A stretch of DNA of 64,000 nt from an uncultured delta proteobacterium (GTDB lineage Bacteria > Myxococcota > Kuafuiibacteriia > Kuafuiibacteriales > Kuafuiibacteriaceae), in NCBI GenBank assembly GCA_963803435.1, contig CAWDML010000010.1:64001-128000 (forward strand), read 5' to 3'. Under the pieces are notes generated by a model. That model was not told the origin of the DNA. It ran no database searches and saw only the letters and a program-made list of their open reading frames with translations. Made by a program: the position numbers and the translations under genes. This document shows, piece by piece, positions 22,887-32,330 of this stretch; position 1 is the stretch's first letter; every line of letters starts with the position of its first letter.

Positions 22887-22901
22887 CGGCATGGCGCTTG
22901 C
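22887..22901 (+). promoter_or_regulatory. Sigma54 (-24/-12) promoter of amt
   Basis: CGGCATGGCGCTTGC: GG-N10-GC with TTGC, ending 26 nt before the amt ATG. Confidence 0.7.
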
Positions 22902-22927
22902 CAGTAGCGCCGACCGGAGGTTTCCAA

Positions 22928-24304
22928 ATGAACGAAACAAAGGTCGCTCTCGACACGATGTGGGTCATCGTCACGGGGGCGCTGGTCTTCTGGATGAACG
23001 CAGGGTTCGCTCTGCTCGAAACCGGCTTCTGCCGCGCCAAGAACGCGGTGAACATCCTGGCGAAGAACTTCACGGTCACGGCCTTCGCAGGCATGGCCTT
23101 CTTCGTCGCGGGGTTCGGGCTGATGTTCGCCGACGGCAACGGGTTCGTCGGCCTCGGCGGGCTCTTGCTCTCGGGCGCCGACAACAGTCCGGCGATGAAC
23201 GACGCCTACCAGGGCGTCTTCAGCTCGCTCGCATGGAGCGGCATTCCGCTCGAGGCCAAGTTCTTCTTCCAGGTCTGCTTCGCGATGACCGCCGCCTCGA
23301 TCGTCTCGGGCGCGGTCGCCGAGCGAATCAAGTTCCAGTCCTTCTGCGCCTTCGCGTTCGTGTTGAGCGTGGTGATCTATCCGATCACGGGCCACTGGAT
23401 CTGGGGCGGCGGCTGGCTCGCGGGGCTCGGCTTCTGGGACTTCGCGGGATCGACGCAGGTCCACTCGGTCGGCGGCTGGGCCGCCCTCGCCGGCATCTTG
23501 ATCCTGGGTGCCCGCAAGGACCGCTTCGGCGCCGACGGGAAGATCCGCGCCATCCCGGGCCACAGCATGGCGCTCGCCACCACCGGCGCGTTCATCCTCT
23601 GGCTGGGCTGGTTCGGCTTCAATGCGGGCAGCACGATGGCAGCCGACGCCGGCGCGATCGCGCACATCGCCACCACCACCATGCTGGCGGCGCTCGCGGG
23701 CGTGGGCTCCGCGCTGATCGTGAACTGGTTCCGCACTCGTGCCTTCGATCTCAGCATGATGATCAACGGCTCGCTGGCCGGCCTGGTCGGCATCACCGCC
23801 GGCTGTGCGTTCGTCTCGGCCGGCTCCTCGATCCTCATCGGCGGGCTGGCGGGCATGCTCGTGGTCTTCGGCGTCGAGCTCTTCGATCGCCTCAAGGTCG
23901 ACGATCCGGTCGGCGCCACCAGTGTCCACCTGCTCTGCGGACTCTGGGGAACGCTCGCGGTCGGTCTGTTCGCCGAGGCGCGCTTCAACGCGACCGTCGG
24001 CAACGGCCTCCTCTTCGGCGGCGGCCTCAAGCTGCTCGGAATGCAGGCTCTTGGCATGGTGGCCGTGGCCGTGTTCGTGTTCTCCAGCTCCTCCGTCCTC
24101 TGGTTCGCGATCAAGGCCACGATCGGCCTGCGCGTGTCGGAGGAGGAGGAGGCGATCGGGCTCGACCTGGCCGAGATGCGAATGCGCGCCTATCCAGGCG
24201 ACATCGCCGCCGCCGCCACCCTCCTCACCGGCGCCGGCAATGCCACCGACGCTGGCGAGCTCCCAGCCGCTGCGCCAGAAGCGCAGACGGCCGTGGAGGG
24301 GTGA
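22928..24304 (+). CDS. amt: Ammonium transporter
   Basis: MNAGFALLETG, IVSGAVAER, DFAGSTQVH, LWLGWFGFNAGS, DDPVGATSVH. Confidence 0.95.
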   Translation: MNETKVALDTMWVIVTGALVFWMNAGFALLETGFCRAKNAVNILAKNFTVTAFAGMAFFVAGFGLMFADGNGFVGLGGLLLSGADNSPAMNDAYQGVFSSLAWSGIPLEAKFFFQVCFAMTAASIVSGAVAERIKFQSFCAFAFVLSVVIYPITGHWIWGGGWLAGLGFWDFAGSTQVHSVGGWAALAGILILGARKDRFGADGKIRAIPGHSMALATTGAFILWLGWFGFNAGSTMAADAGAIAHIATTTMLAALAGVGSALIVNWFRTRAFDLSMMINGSLAGLVGITAGCAFVSAGSSILIGGLAGMLVVFGVELFDRLKVDDPVGATSVHLLCGLWGTLAVGLFAEARFNATVGNGLLFGGGLKLLGMQALGMVAVAVFVFSSSSVLWFAIKATIGLRVSEEEEAIGLDLAEMRMRAYPGDIAAAATLLTGAGNATDAGELPAAAPEAQTAVEG

Positions 24305-24307
24305 GCC

Positions 24308-25396
24308 ATGCAGCTGCTCCAACTCGTGTTGACGGCGACTGCCGCGTTTGCCGATCCAGCGCTCGCCGATCCGCCGCTCGCCACCCAGACGGAGGCGGAG
24401 ACGCCCTGGTGGGAGGGCTTCTCGGTGGAGGTCTTCGCAGACGCTCGCTATGTATGGGACTGGAACTCGCCCGACGCCCCGGAGGAGACCGGCACGGTCG
24501 CACACCGCGCCTTCGAGGGGAGCACCGGCTTCGGCCTCTCCTTCCTGGGCATCGACGCGAGCTACTCCTACAAGAGCGTCGGCGCCACGGCCGGGCTGCG
24601 CTTCGGGGCATCGACACCCCGACTCCTCGGCGATGTGGCGCTCATCGAGAACGTGAAGCAGGCGTATCTCACGTTCCGGCCCATCGACGAGATCGAGCTC
24701 GATCTCGGTCAGTTCGATACGATCTACGGAGCGGAGGTCGCGGAGAGCTTCAAGAACTTCAACTATACGCGCGGCGCGCTCTACTTTCTGATGCAGCCCT
24801 TCTACCACACCGGTCTGCGGGCGAGCGTGAAGCTGGGCGGCCAATTCACGCTCAAGGGTCTGGTCGTCAACGGCGTCAACAATCCGATCGACAACAACTT
24901 CTCACCGGACCTCGGGCTCCAGATCGTCTGGTCGCCGGGACCGGTCGAGATCTATCTCGGGTACCTCGGGGCCGCGCAGCCCGACGGGGAGACGTTCGCG
25001 AACTTCGTCGATCTTCTGGTGACGAGCCGGCTGGAGGACCTGGAGCTCAGCTTCAACGCCGACCTCGGGCTCGCGGATCCGGAGGGCGACGGTGCGCGCG
25101 GCAAGTACTATGGCGCGAGCCTGGCCGCGCGCTACACGTTCGTCTACTGGCTCGCGGCTGCGATCCGGGGCGAGCTGCTGCGCGATCAGGACGGTGTCTT
25201 CTACGGCACCGAGACCAAGCTCGCCACGGCGACCGCGACGCTCGAGATCTCTCCGCTGCAGACCCGGAACATCATCTTCCGTCTCGACAACCGCTTCGAG
25301 AAAGCGAGCGCCGACATCTTTCCGAAGGGCGGAGGACGGATGAGTAATCTCTGGTTCTCCACGGTCTTCGGCGTCGTGGTCGCGGTCGGAACCTGA
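24308..25396 (+). CDS. Outer-membrane beta-barrel porin (DUF1597/BBP2-like)
   Basis: Signal peptide, QAYLTF, GQFDTIYGAEV, PFYHTGLR; starts 3 nt after amt. Confidence 0.75.
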   Translation: MQLLQLVLTATAAFADPALADPPLATQTEAETPWWEGFSVEVFADARYVWDWNSPDAPEETGTVAHRAFEGSTGFGLSFLGIDASYSYKSVGATAGLRFGASTPRLLGDVALIENVKQAYLTFRPIDEIELDLGQFDTIYGAEVAESFKNFNYTRGALYFLMQPFYHTGLRASVKLGGQFTLKGLVVNGVNNPIDNNFSPDLGLQIVWSPGPVEIYLGYLGAAQPDGETFANFVDLLVTSRLEDLELSFNADLGLADPEGDGARGKYYGASLAARYTFVYWLAAAIRGELLRDQDGVFYGTETKLATATATLEISPLQTRNIIFRLDNRFEKASADIFPKGGGRMSNLWFSTVFGVVVAVGT

Positions 25397-25459
25397 CCGT
25401 CCGCCCCGCCCAACCTACCCGACGGTCGACAGCTCGCCGCTGGTCGAAGGACGGGCGGG

Positions 25460-25642
25460 GTGTGCAGGTGTTGCAAGAGAACTTGCTCAACGCCAGGACG
25501 GGCGACGGTCACCCGCATCCTCCGGGAGACCTACCACCCGTACGTGGTCTGGTACCCGCTCGCCGCGATCGGGCTGGTGTCGACCATCGGGCTCTTCATC
25601 TTCGCGCGGATGGCCGCGCGCGGCTCCGACATGAACAAGTGA
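25460..25642 (+). pseudogene. Orphan C-terminal fragment of a membrane (MFS-like) transporter
   Basis: ILRETYHPYVVWYPLAAIGLVSTIGLFIF resembles the last TM helix of an MFS protein; no upstream body. Confidence 0.4.
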
Positions 25643-25684
25643 GTCACAGTCGCCCGTCGTCGTGTTCCGCGCTATGGAGGCGCC

Positions 25685-27709
25685 GTGGCGTGGGCCATCT
25701 TCGCGAGCTCGTTCATCGAAGAGATCGTCCGGACCAAGGGCGGCGCTCTGGCCGGAACCATCCCGGAACCCACCACCGAATCGGTGCGGGCCGAGTTCGT
25801 GGCGGCCGCCCAGCGCGCGGTGCGGCGGGAGCTGGGTGAGGACGCGCCGGTCGAGGTGGAGCTGACCGATGACCTGGGCGACGTGTTGTACTTTCAGGTG
25901 GTCAGAGCCGTCGAGGCGCCGCGCGCGCGCGACGAGATCTCCTTGCTGGCGCTGCGGCGCGTCGATCCCGAGGCGGCCGCCAGCGGGAAGCTCCGCGTTC
26001 CCTTGTATTACACCGAGAATCCGGGCGAGCGCGCCACCGCCCCTCGGCTCGAGGAGAGGTACGGGGCGTTGCTCCCGCTCCCGATCCATTCGAAGCCGCT
26101 CTGGGACCGCCTGACCGAAGAGCTCAACGCGCTGGTCCTGCGGTACTTCCCAGCGCCCGAGTTTGCGCCCGGAACGCTGGGCGCGCTGCTGGCGAGCGGA
26201 GGTGGCTGGACGCGCGGCCTCACGGTGAAGCGCGGCGATCTCGAGATCGTTCTGGAGTCTGCCTATCTCGACTTCATCCGGCTCCGGGTGACCGGCGGGT
26301 GGATCGACTACGGCTTCGTCACCGTCTTCAAGAAGGCCGGCGTCGAGATCTTTCGGGGGCGCGGGCATGCCGCCGACCGGCTGGGAGAGGGGCGCGATGC
26401 GCCCTGGCTATCGCCGCTCAGCGCCGGCGACAACGACGGCAGCGTGCTGGCGTGGGGCCAGCTCCCGGCCAGCGCCGAGCCCGCGCCGGACTTCGTGGCC
26501 GGCCTCCAGGCGCTCGTCGACAACCTGGCCGCCGGCAAGAGCGCCAACCTCACCACGGTGAAGGCGCTGCTGGTCGCGGCGATCGAGCCGCCGATCCGAG
26601 GAGGCCTGTGGGATTGGATGGAGAAGGCGCTGCCGCCGCTGGTGAACGGCCACGTCGTCGAGCTCACGTACGACGACGTCCGGGTCCGCTTCGAGGTCAA
26701 CGAGACCTATCCGCCGCAGACCGGGCTGGTGTACTTCGGCGACTCGGGCGTGGGGCTGGTCGCGAGCGCCAGCGATCGGGCGGCGTCGGATCGGCCGGGC
26801 GAGTCCCTCCAGACGGGCAGTGTGGGCCCCGAGGCCCTGACGCTGCGCGGCCCCGAGACCGAGGACGAGGAGCGGGCGCTCCGGCGGATCGCGGCGACGT
26901 TCCTGGAGTGGCTCGACGTGCACCTGGCGCATCACGTCGCGGATCGGGGCATCGAATTCATCGACTCCGGCAGCTATTTCTACGCCTTCTCGGGCTACTT
27001 CCCGCTGGTGCAGCTCCTGGAGCAGCGCATCCGCTGGGGCGATCCCGGCGAGCCGCCCGTGCCGGCGTTCGACGACGACGCCCTCGATCGCGCCGGGCGC
27101 AGCCTCAAGCCGATCGTCGGTGAGGAGCGCCGCGCCCAGGCGATCGCCGCCCTGAAGATGAACCCGGAGCACGTCATCGCGCTGTTCTCGGTGCGGGGCT
27201 GGACGGTCGCGCTCCTCGACGACCTGACCGGGTTCCCGTTCGGCTCCTACTGCGGCATCGAGGTGCTCCCGCCGGACGGCGGTGATGCCGTGAACGTGAT
27301 GATGGTCGACGCCTGGAACCCGCCGGCACGCACCGTGGTGGACGGCGACGCCTTCGCGTTCCGGCGCTTCGTGAGCTGGCTTCGCGGAGGCATCGTCCGC
27401 GGCGGCTACGATCTGGAGGTCCGGTACGCGGGCTCGGATCCGGGGGACGAGGAAGAGCTCGGTCCCCAGCCGCACACGCTGTCGCTCTCGGACTGGCTGC
27501 TCTTTGGACTGCCCGACACCGGCGATCGCTTCCTGGTGGACTGGCGCGCCCAGTGGCACATCGTCAACGCCGTGCGCGGCATCGACAGCTTCTCCGGCAT
27601 CTACGGTTTCACCGGCGCGTACATGGAGAAGCTACGGGCGTACGACATCCCGGTGTGGCGGCGCTTCCTGAGAGAGGTGATCGATCCTCGGTTCCCGCCC
27701 TCGGGTTGA
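25685..27709 (+). CDS. Hypothetical protein with N-terminal NusA-NTD-like domain
   Basis: First ~150 aa resemble NusA_N including the myxobacterial insert; remainder not recognised. Confidence 0.65.
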   Translation: MAWAIFASSFIEEIVRTKGGALAGTIPEPTTESVRAEFVAAAQRAVRRELGEDAPVEVELTDDLGDVLYFQVVRAVEAPRARDEISLLALRRVDPEAAASGKLRVPLYYTENPGERATAPRLEERYGALLPLPIHSKPLWDRLTEELNALVLRYFPAPEFAPGTLGALLASGGGWTRGLTVKRGDLEIVLESAYLDFIRLRVTGGWIDYGFVTVFKKAGVEIFRGRGHAADRLGEGRDAPWLSPLSAGDNDGSVLAWGQLPASAEPAPDFVAGLQALVDNLAAGKSANLTTVKALLVAAIEPPIRGGLWDWMEKALPPLVNGHVVELTYDDVRVRFEVNETYPPQTGLVYFGDSGVGLVASASDRAASDRPGESLQTGSVGPEALTLRGPETEDEERALRRIAATFLEWLDVHLAHHVADRGIEFIDSGSYFYAFSGYFPLVQLLEQRIRWGDPGEPPVPAFDDDALDRAGRSLKPIVGEERRAQAIAALKMNPEHVIALFSVRGWTVALLDDLTGFPFGSYCGIEVLPPDGGDAVNVMMVDAWNPPARTVVDGDAFAFRRFVSWLRGGIVRGGYDLEVRYAGSDPGDEEELGPQPHTLSLSDWLLFGLPDTGDRFLVDWRAQWHIVNAVRGIDSFSGIYGFTGAYMEKLRAYDIPVWRRFLREVIDPRFPPSG

Positions 27710-27763
27710 ATCTCGCGATCTGCGTGTCAGGTCCTCGAGCCCCGAACCGGTCATCCGGGTATG

Positions 27764-27787
27764 CGGCCCGGTAATTCCCCCGGGCCG
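27764..27787. terminator. Hairpin between convergent genes
   Basis: cggcccgg-N8-ccgggccg; no U-tract. Confidence 0.3.
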
Positions 27788-27788
27788 T

Positions 27789-29006
27789 CTATGGGAGCGG
27801 CTCGGGCGGCGACTCCTCGAATATCTGGGCGGGCCCGCCGCCGATGACCAGGATGCCCTGGGCAGCGGGCAGCCGGGTGGCGCTGGCGTTCCCGGTGTGG
27901 CCGCCCCACTCGATCATATCCGGGCCGTTCTCCCAGCCTTGATCCTGCAGCCGGTAGATCTGGGGAGTGCGAATGTTCTCCCAGACCGAATCACCCACGA
28001 TCAGGATACGCGCATCCGACAATTCGGCGACCGCTGGGTAAGGACGAGTGAACGCCTCGGAGGCTTCCCAGCCGTCTCGCCCGAGACGGTAGACGGCGCT
28101 GCTCACGACCAGGATCTGTCCGGCGTCCGTGCTCAGAGCCGAGGTCAACAGCGGCAGGCTCGCCGGCAGGGGAGGGCCATCGATCCACGAGCCGTCGCTG
28201 GTGTCGAACAACTCGGTGCTATCCAGCACGGTTCTTCGATCGCAACACGGCGACCGGTACAGGTAGCCGCCCATGACCATGACCTTGCCTTTCGGTGCGA
28301 CGACAGCCCCATGGCCGTAGCGAGCGCTCGCGAGGGGCGACCCGAGCGCCCACGACAGGGTGGCTGGATCGAAGATCTCGCTGACGGCGCTGCTGTCCGC
28401 CGTTCCTTCATCGGACATGCTCTCGATGCCGCCCGCGAGCAGCACCCGACCATCCGGTAGCACGGTCGCAGAGCTTCGTGCGCGCGGACTGTGCAGCGAG
28501 CCTCCAGGTGCCCAGCTGTTGGACTCGGGATCGAAGATCATCGCGCCGGCGAGCAGGGCACCGCCCGGGCACAACCCGCCCGCGATCAGCACCCGGCCGT
28601 CGGGGAGCGTGACGGCGGCGTGTCCAAACCTGGGCGGGATGGGCGACTCGAGCTGGGACCAGCTGTCATCCTGGATCCGATATATCCAGGCACCCACGGT
28701 CGGTGCCTCGGCCTCGAAGCCGCAGTTCCCGACCACCACCACGGCCTGGCCCGTTCGGGATGCGGTGTGCTCGCCGCAATAGAAGCGGCGCGCACCCGCC
28801 AATCTCCAGCGCGCGCACCGGCCGGACTCTTCGCGGAAGGTACTCGCCGGGCATGAGAGCGCGTCCGCGCTGTCTGAGCCTGCGTCCCTGTCGGCGGGCT
28901 GAGCAGGCTGGTCCAGCTCGGGCACCGGCGGGAGATCCAGGCCTTCCACGCCCGCGTTCGAACAGCCCGCCAGAACCCCCAACAGCCATAGACAACGATG
29001 TTTCAT
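27789..29006 (-). CDS. Kelch-repeat lipoprotein
   Basis: Lipobox LAGC; PRFGHAAVTLPDGRVLIAGG-type repeats. Confidence 0.85.
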   Translation of the reverse strand: MKHRCLWLLGVLAGCSNAGVEGLDLPPVPELDQPAQPADRDAGSDSADALSCPASTFREESGRCARWRLAGARRFYCGEHTASRTGQAVVVVGNCGFEAEAPTVGAWIYRIQDDSWSQLESPIPPRFGHAAVTLPDGRVLIAGGLCPGGALLAGAMIFDPESNSWAPGGSLHSPRARSSATVLPDGRVLLAGGIESMSDEGTADSSAVSEIFDPATLSWALGSPLASARYGHGAVVAPKGKVMVMGGYLYRSPCCDRRTVLDSTELFDTSDGSWIDGPPLPASLPLLTSALSTDAGQILVVSSAVYRLGRDGWEASEAFTRPYPAVAELSDARILIVGDSVWENIRTPQIYRLQDQGWENGPDMIEWGGHTGNASATRLPAAQGILVIGGGPAQIFEESPPEPLP

Positions 29007-29029
29007 GGCCCAATATCCTCCCGGAGATT

Positions 29030-29046
29030 AATCAAAACAATTGATT
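29030..29046. promoter_or_regulatory. Putative LysR box
   Basis: AATCAA-aacaa-TTGATT dyad containing T-N11-A in the AT-rich divergent spacer. Confidence 0.5.
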
Positions 29047-29079
29047 TATATTTACGGAATAAATAATCAATGCTCACGA

Positions 29080-29997
29080 ATGGAGCTCACCGATCTCGTC
29101 TACTTTCGCAACGTCGCCGACAGCCTCAGCTTCAAAGAGGGCGCGCGCCGCTCTCACGTGTCTTCTCCTGCCATCAGCAAGACGATCGCTAAGCTCGAGC
29201 AAGAGCTGGGTACGAAGCTGCTCGCGCGCACGACGCGACAGGTCCGCCTCACGCCGTCCGGCGAGGTGCTGCTCAGCGGTAGCCGGCGGGTGATCGAAGA
29301 GATCGAGGCGATCCGCCGCGAGATCGATCAGGTCGAGTCGGTGGTCCGAGGCGCGCTCAAGATCGGAGCCCTGGAGGTCTACTCCCTGTATCTGCTGCCG
29401 CTGGCCATCGCTCGCATCGTGGAGCGCCATCCCGAGCTGACGCCCAAGAGCTACGAGATGATCCCCGATCAGATCGAGCGGCGGGTGGCCAGCGGTGATT
29501 TGGACGTGGGCTTGTCCATCGGGTCGGCCCCCGTCGGCCCGCTGCTGGAGCGGGTCCGCCTCGGCACCTCTCCCGGTCTTGTGGTGTGTGGGCGCTCCCA
29601 CCCATTGTTCGCGCGCGGCCGCATCGATGAAAAGGCACTCCAGCAGCACGCCTTCGTGATCCCCGAGTTCCTCGGGCAGGAGCACCTTCCCGTCCTCGAC
29701 CAATTCCCGGACGCCCGACACCCTCGAAGGATCGGCGCGACCATCGAGTTGCTGCAGATGGGCGTCCAGCTCACGCTCAGCGGGAAGTACATCGGCTGCT
29801 TCCCGGAGATCTCGGTCCGCAGCCACGTGGCGGCGGGGACGCTCCGCGCACTGAAGGGGCTCGCGCCCTGGGCCCCGTTCGAGCTCTACGCCGTCGTCAG
29901 AAAGGGCATCCGCCCCAAGCCGGCGGTGCCCATTCTGATCGACACGATCAAGGCCGGCCTGACCGCGCCCAGGGCGCGAGCGTCCCGCCGCAAGTAG
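29080..29997 (+). CDS. LysR family regulator
   Basis: SFKEGARRSHVSSPAISKTIAKLEQELG..RTTRQVRLT. Confidence 0.9.
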   Translation: MELTDLVYFRNVADSLSFKEGARRSHVSSPAISKTIAKLEQELGTKLLARTTRQVRLTPSGEVLLSGSRRVIEEIEAIRREIDQVESVVRGALKIGALEVYSLYLLPLAIARIVERHPELTPKSYEMIPDQIERRVASGDLDVGLSIGSAPVGPLLERVRLGTSPGLVVCGRSHPLFARGRIDEKALQQHAFVIPEFLGQEHLPVLDQFPDARHPRRIGATIELLQMGVQLTLSGKYIGCFPEISVRSHVAAGTLRALKGLAPWAPFELYAVVRKGIRPKPAVPILIDTIKAGLTAPRARASRRK

Positions 29998-30138
29998 CGT
30001 GATAGGCCTCCTTCGCGGCCGAGTCGGCGCACGTAACGAAGCAGCGCCCGTGGGATCTCGACGCGGGCGGGGCGGCTATCGGTGCTCGCGGGCGACGCCC
30101 ACCAGTTGGCACGAATCGCGCGCGCTGGGCCCCGCTCC

Positions 30139-30933
30139 TCAGCCGAAGGTCCCGACGATCTTCGCTGTCGCGTCCTCGGGCGCGTCCGCCGGCAGGGGAG
30201 CGCTCGAGCGGAGGAAGCGTTCGAGCCAGCGCCGGTCGAGGGGTGCGTCGAGATCGCGACGGTCGAGCGCGGCGATCGTCGACTCGGTCTTCCGCCCGAT
30301 CGCGGGGCCGCGGCCGACGGCGAAGCCCGAGAGCAAGAGCGCGGCTCGCGTCGAGGTGGCGGTGCCGAAGGTGTGGACGGTGGCGCGCTCGGCGCAGGCC
30401 GCGCGCAGCGCGGTGAAGGTGGCGATGTTCCAGAGCTCGGGGCTCGCCTTGGGAGAGAAGGGATCCCAGAAGACGATGTCGGCGCGCCCGCCGGCGCGAG
30501 CCAGCGAGCCGGGGAGGTCGTCGAGGATCAGCCGCCACGAGGTCCGGTCGGTGGCGTGAGCGCCGTCGCGGAGCACGGCGCTTGCGGCGGCGGCCGCGCG
30601 CGGATCGAAGCCGAAGGCGGCCGCGTGCTCGGGCGCGAGGGCGAGCGCCAGCGCGTCCGCCGTGCGATCGAAGCTGATGATCCGCAACGGATGACCCGCG
30701 GGGCGAGCCTCCGACGCGCGCCACGCCGCCGCCGCGTTCGATCCGGCGCCGAGCCCGACGTCGAACAGCGTGATCGGGCCCTCGACGAGTCGCCGGACGA
30801 GGCGCGCCGGCTCGACGTAGAGCGTGGTCGCCTCCACGAGCGGTCCCACGGGATGCATCAGCTCCCCGCTCTGTCGGTCCCGCATCGCCCGCGGGCCGTC
30901 GCGGGTCTCGACCACCTCGAACCGCGAGCTCAT
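30139..30933 (-). CDS. MnmD/MnmC-N-like SAM methyltransferase
   Basis: LFDVGLGAGSN and IVFWDPFSPKASPELW; ATGA overlap with tgt. Confidence 0.75.
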   Translation of the reverse strand: MSSRFEVVETRDGPRAMRDRQSGELMHPVGPLVEATTLYVEPARLVRRLVEGPITLFDVGLGAGSNAAAAWRASEARPAGHPLRIISFDRTADALALALAPEHAAAFGFDPRAAAAASAVLRDGAHATDRTSWRLILDDLPGSLARAGGRADIVFWDPFSPKASPELWNIATFTALRAACAERATVHTFGTATSTRAALLLSGFAVGRGPAIGRKTESTIAALDRRDLDAPLDRRWLERFLRSSAPLPADAPEDATAKIVGTFG

Positions 30934-32054
30934 GCGCCGTGCTCGTGTCGATCGATCGCCCGAAGCATTCGGTCGGCGAACGCGTCGTAGGTCCCGGCCT
31001 CGATCGCCGCCCGCGCCTCGACCATGAGATTGTTGTAGTGGTGGAAGTTGTGCAGCGTCAGCAACCGGTACCCGAGCGGCTCCTTGCACTTGAAGAGGTG
31101 GTGGAGATACGCGCGGCTATGACGCCGGCATGTCGTGCAGTCGCAGGAGGCGTCGAGCGCGACGTCCTGCCCCGCGGCCTCGCCCCGCGTGACCTTCACG
31201 CGGCCTGTCGACGTGAATGCGGTGCCCTGCCAGGCGAGGAGCGTCGGGATCATGCAGTCGAACATGTCCACGCCGGCGCGGATCGCGACCAGCAGATCCG
31301 CAGGATAGCCGACCCCCATGAGATAGCAGGGGCGGTCCGGCGGGAGCAGGCCGGTGGTCGACTCGACGATCTCGACCCGCTCGGCCTGGCTGTCCCCGAC
31401 GGCGAGGCCGCCGATCGCGAACCCGTCGAAGTCGTGGGCGGTGAGAAAGGCCGCCGAGGCGCGGCGGAGCTCGGGCACGACCCCGCCCTGCACGATCGCG
31501 AAGAGCGCCTGCTCGGGGTTCGTGCGGGCGGCCAGGCTCCGGAGCGCCCAGCGGTGGGTGCGGTCCATCGCCTCGCGCATGGTCGCCTCGTCTGAGCGGG
31601 AGTCGAGGCAGACGTCCAGCACCATCATGATGTCGGATCCGAGCGCCGTCTGCATCTCGAGCGAGCGTTCCGGCGACAGGAGGTGCACCCGCTGATCCAC
31701 GTAGCTCCTGAACCGCGCGCCTTTCTCGCTGATGGTGCGGTCGGACGCGAGCGAGAAGATCTGATAGCCGCCGGAGTCGGTGAGGATCGGCCCCGACCAC
31801 CCCATGAAGGCGTGCAGGCCGCCGACCCGCTGGAATAGCTCGATGCCGGGGCGCAGCATCAGGTGGTACGTGTTACCCAGGACCACCTGGACACCCGAGC
31901 GCCGCAGGTCCTCAGGCTCGAGCCCGGTGACGGTCGCACGCGTCCCGACCGCCATGAACGCCGGCGTCTCGATCGCGCCGTGGCGGGTCTCGATCCGACC
32001 GCGTCGCGCCCGGGAGGTCACGTCGTGCCGATGAACACGAAACGGGAGCGTCAC
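30930..32054 (-). CDS. tgt: tRNA-guanine transglycosylase (divergent paralog)
   Basis: TPAFMAVGT, NTYHL, TDSGGYQ, IVQGG, YLMGVG, DMFDC, Zn site CDCTTC...HN. Confidence 0.9.
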   Translation of the reverse strand: MTLPFRVHRHDVTSRARRGRIETRHGAIETPAFMAVGTRATVTGLEPEDLRRSGVQVVLGNTYHLMLRPGIELFQRVGGLHAFMGWSGPILTDSGGYQIFSLASDRTISEKGARFRSYVDQRVHLLSPERSLEMQTALGSDIMMVLDVCLDSRSDEATMREAMDRTHRWALRSLAARTNPEQALFAIVQGGVVPELRRASAAFLTAHDFDGFAIGGLAVGDSQAERVEIVESTTGLLPPDRPCYLMGVGYPADLLVAIRAGVDMFDCMIPTLLAWQGTAFTSTGRVKVTRGEAAGQDVALDASCDCTTCRRHSRAYLHHLFKCKEPLGYRLLTLHNFHHYNNLMVEARAAIEAGTYDAFADRMLRAIDRHEHGA

Positions 32055-32117
32055 CGGGGGCTCTGTACCATCGCCCCGGGGCGCGGACGAGCCGAGGTGT
32101 CGAGTCGGGAGAGCGCC

Positions 32118-32309
32118 TTACCAGTAGTAACCGCGCCGAACCGTCCGGCGGGCGACGCCCGCATAGCTCAAAGGCGTCAAGGGCATCCCGATGACGGCGT
32201 TCGCCTCTCCCGAGCCGAGGATCGGCATCTCGAAGGACGGGACGCCGCCCATCCATACGAACGCACTCGTAACGAGGGCCAGCCCCAACTTGATCCATCT
32301 ACGTTTCAT
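32118..32309 (-). CDS. Small exported protein of the PLTPxSYAGVARRT type
   Basis: Signal-like N-terminus, GAGG ribosome-binding site, follows DUF2092 gene. Confidence 0.7.
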   Translation of the reverse strand: MKRRWIKLGLALVTSAFVWMGGVPSFEMPILGSGEANAVIGMPLTPLSYAGVARRTVRRGYYW

Positions 32310-32330
32310 GATGACTACCTCCTCACTCGC

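Noticed and set aside
30930-32054. tgt as a DpdA DNA-modification (Dpd defence) gene
   Set aside because: It keeps bacterial tRNA-TGT motifs and the Zn site, and no dpdB-K or preQ0 synthesis genes are nearby
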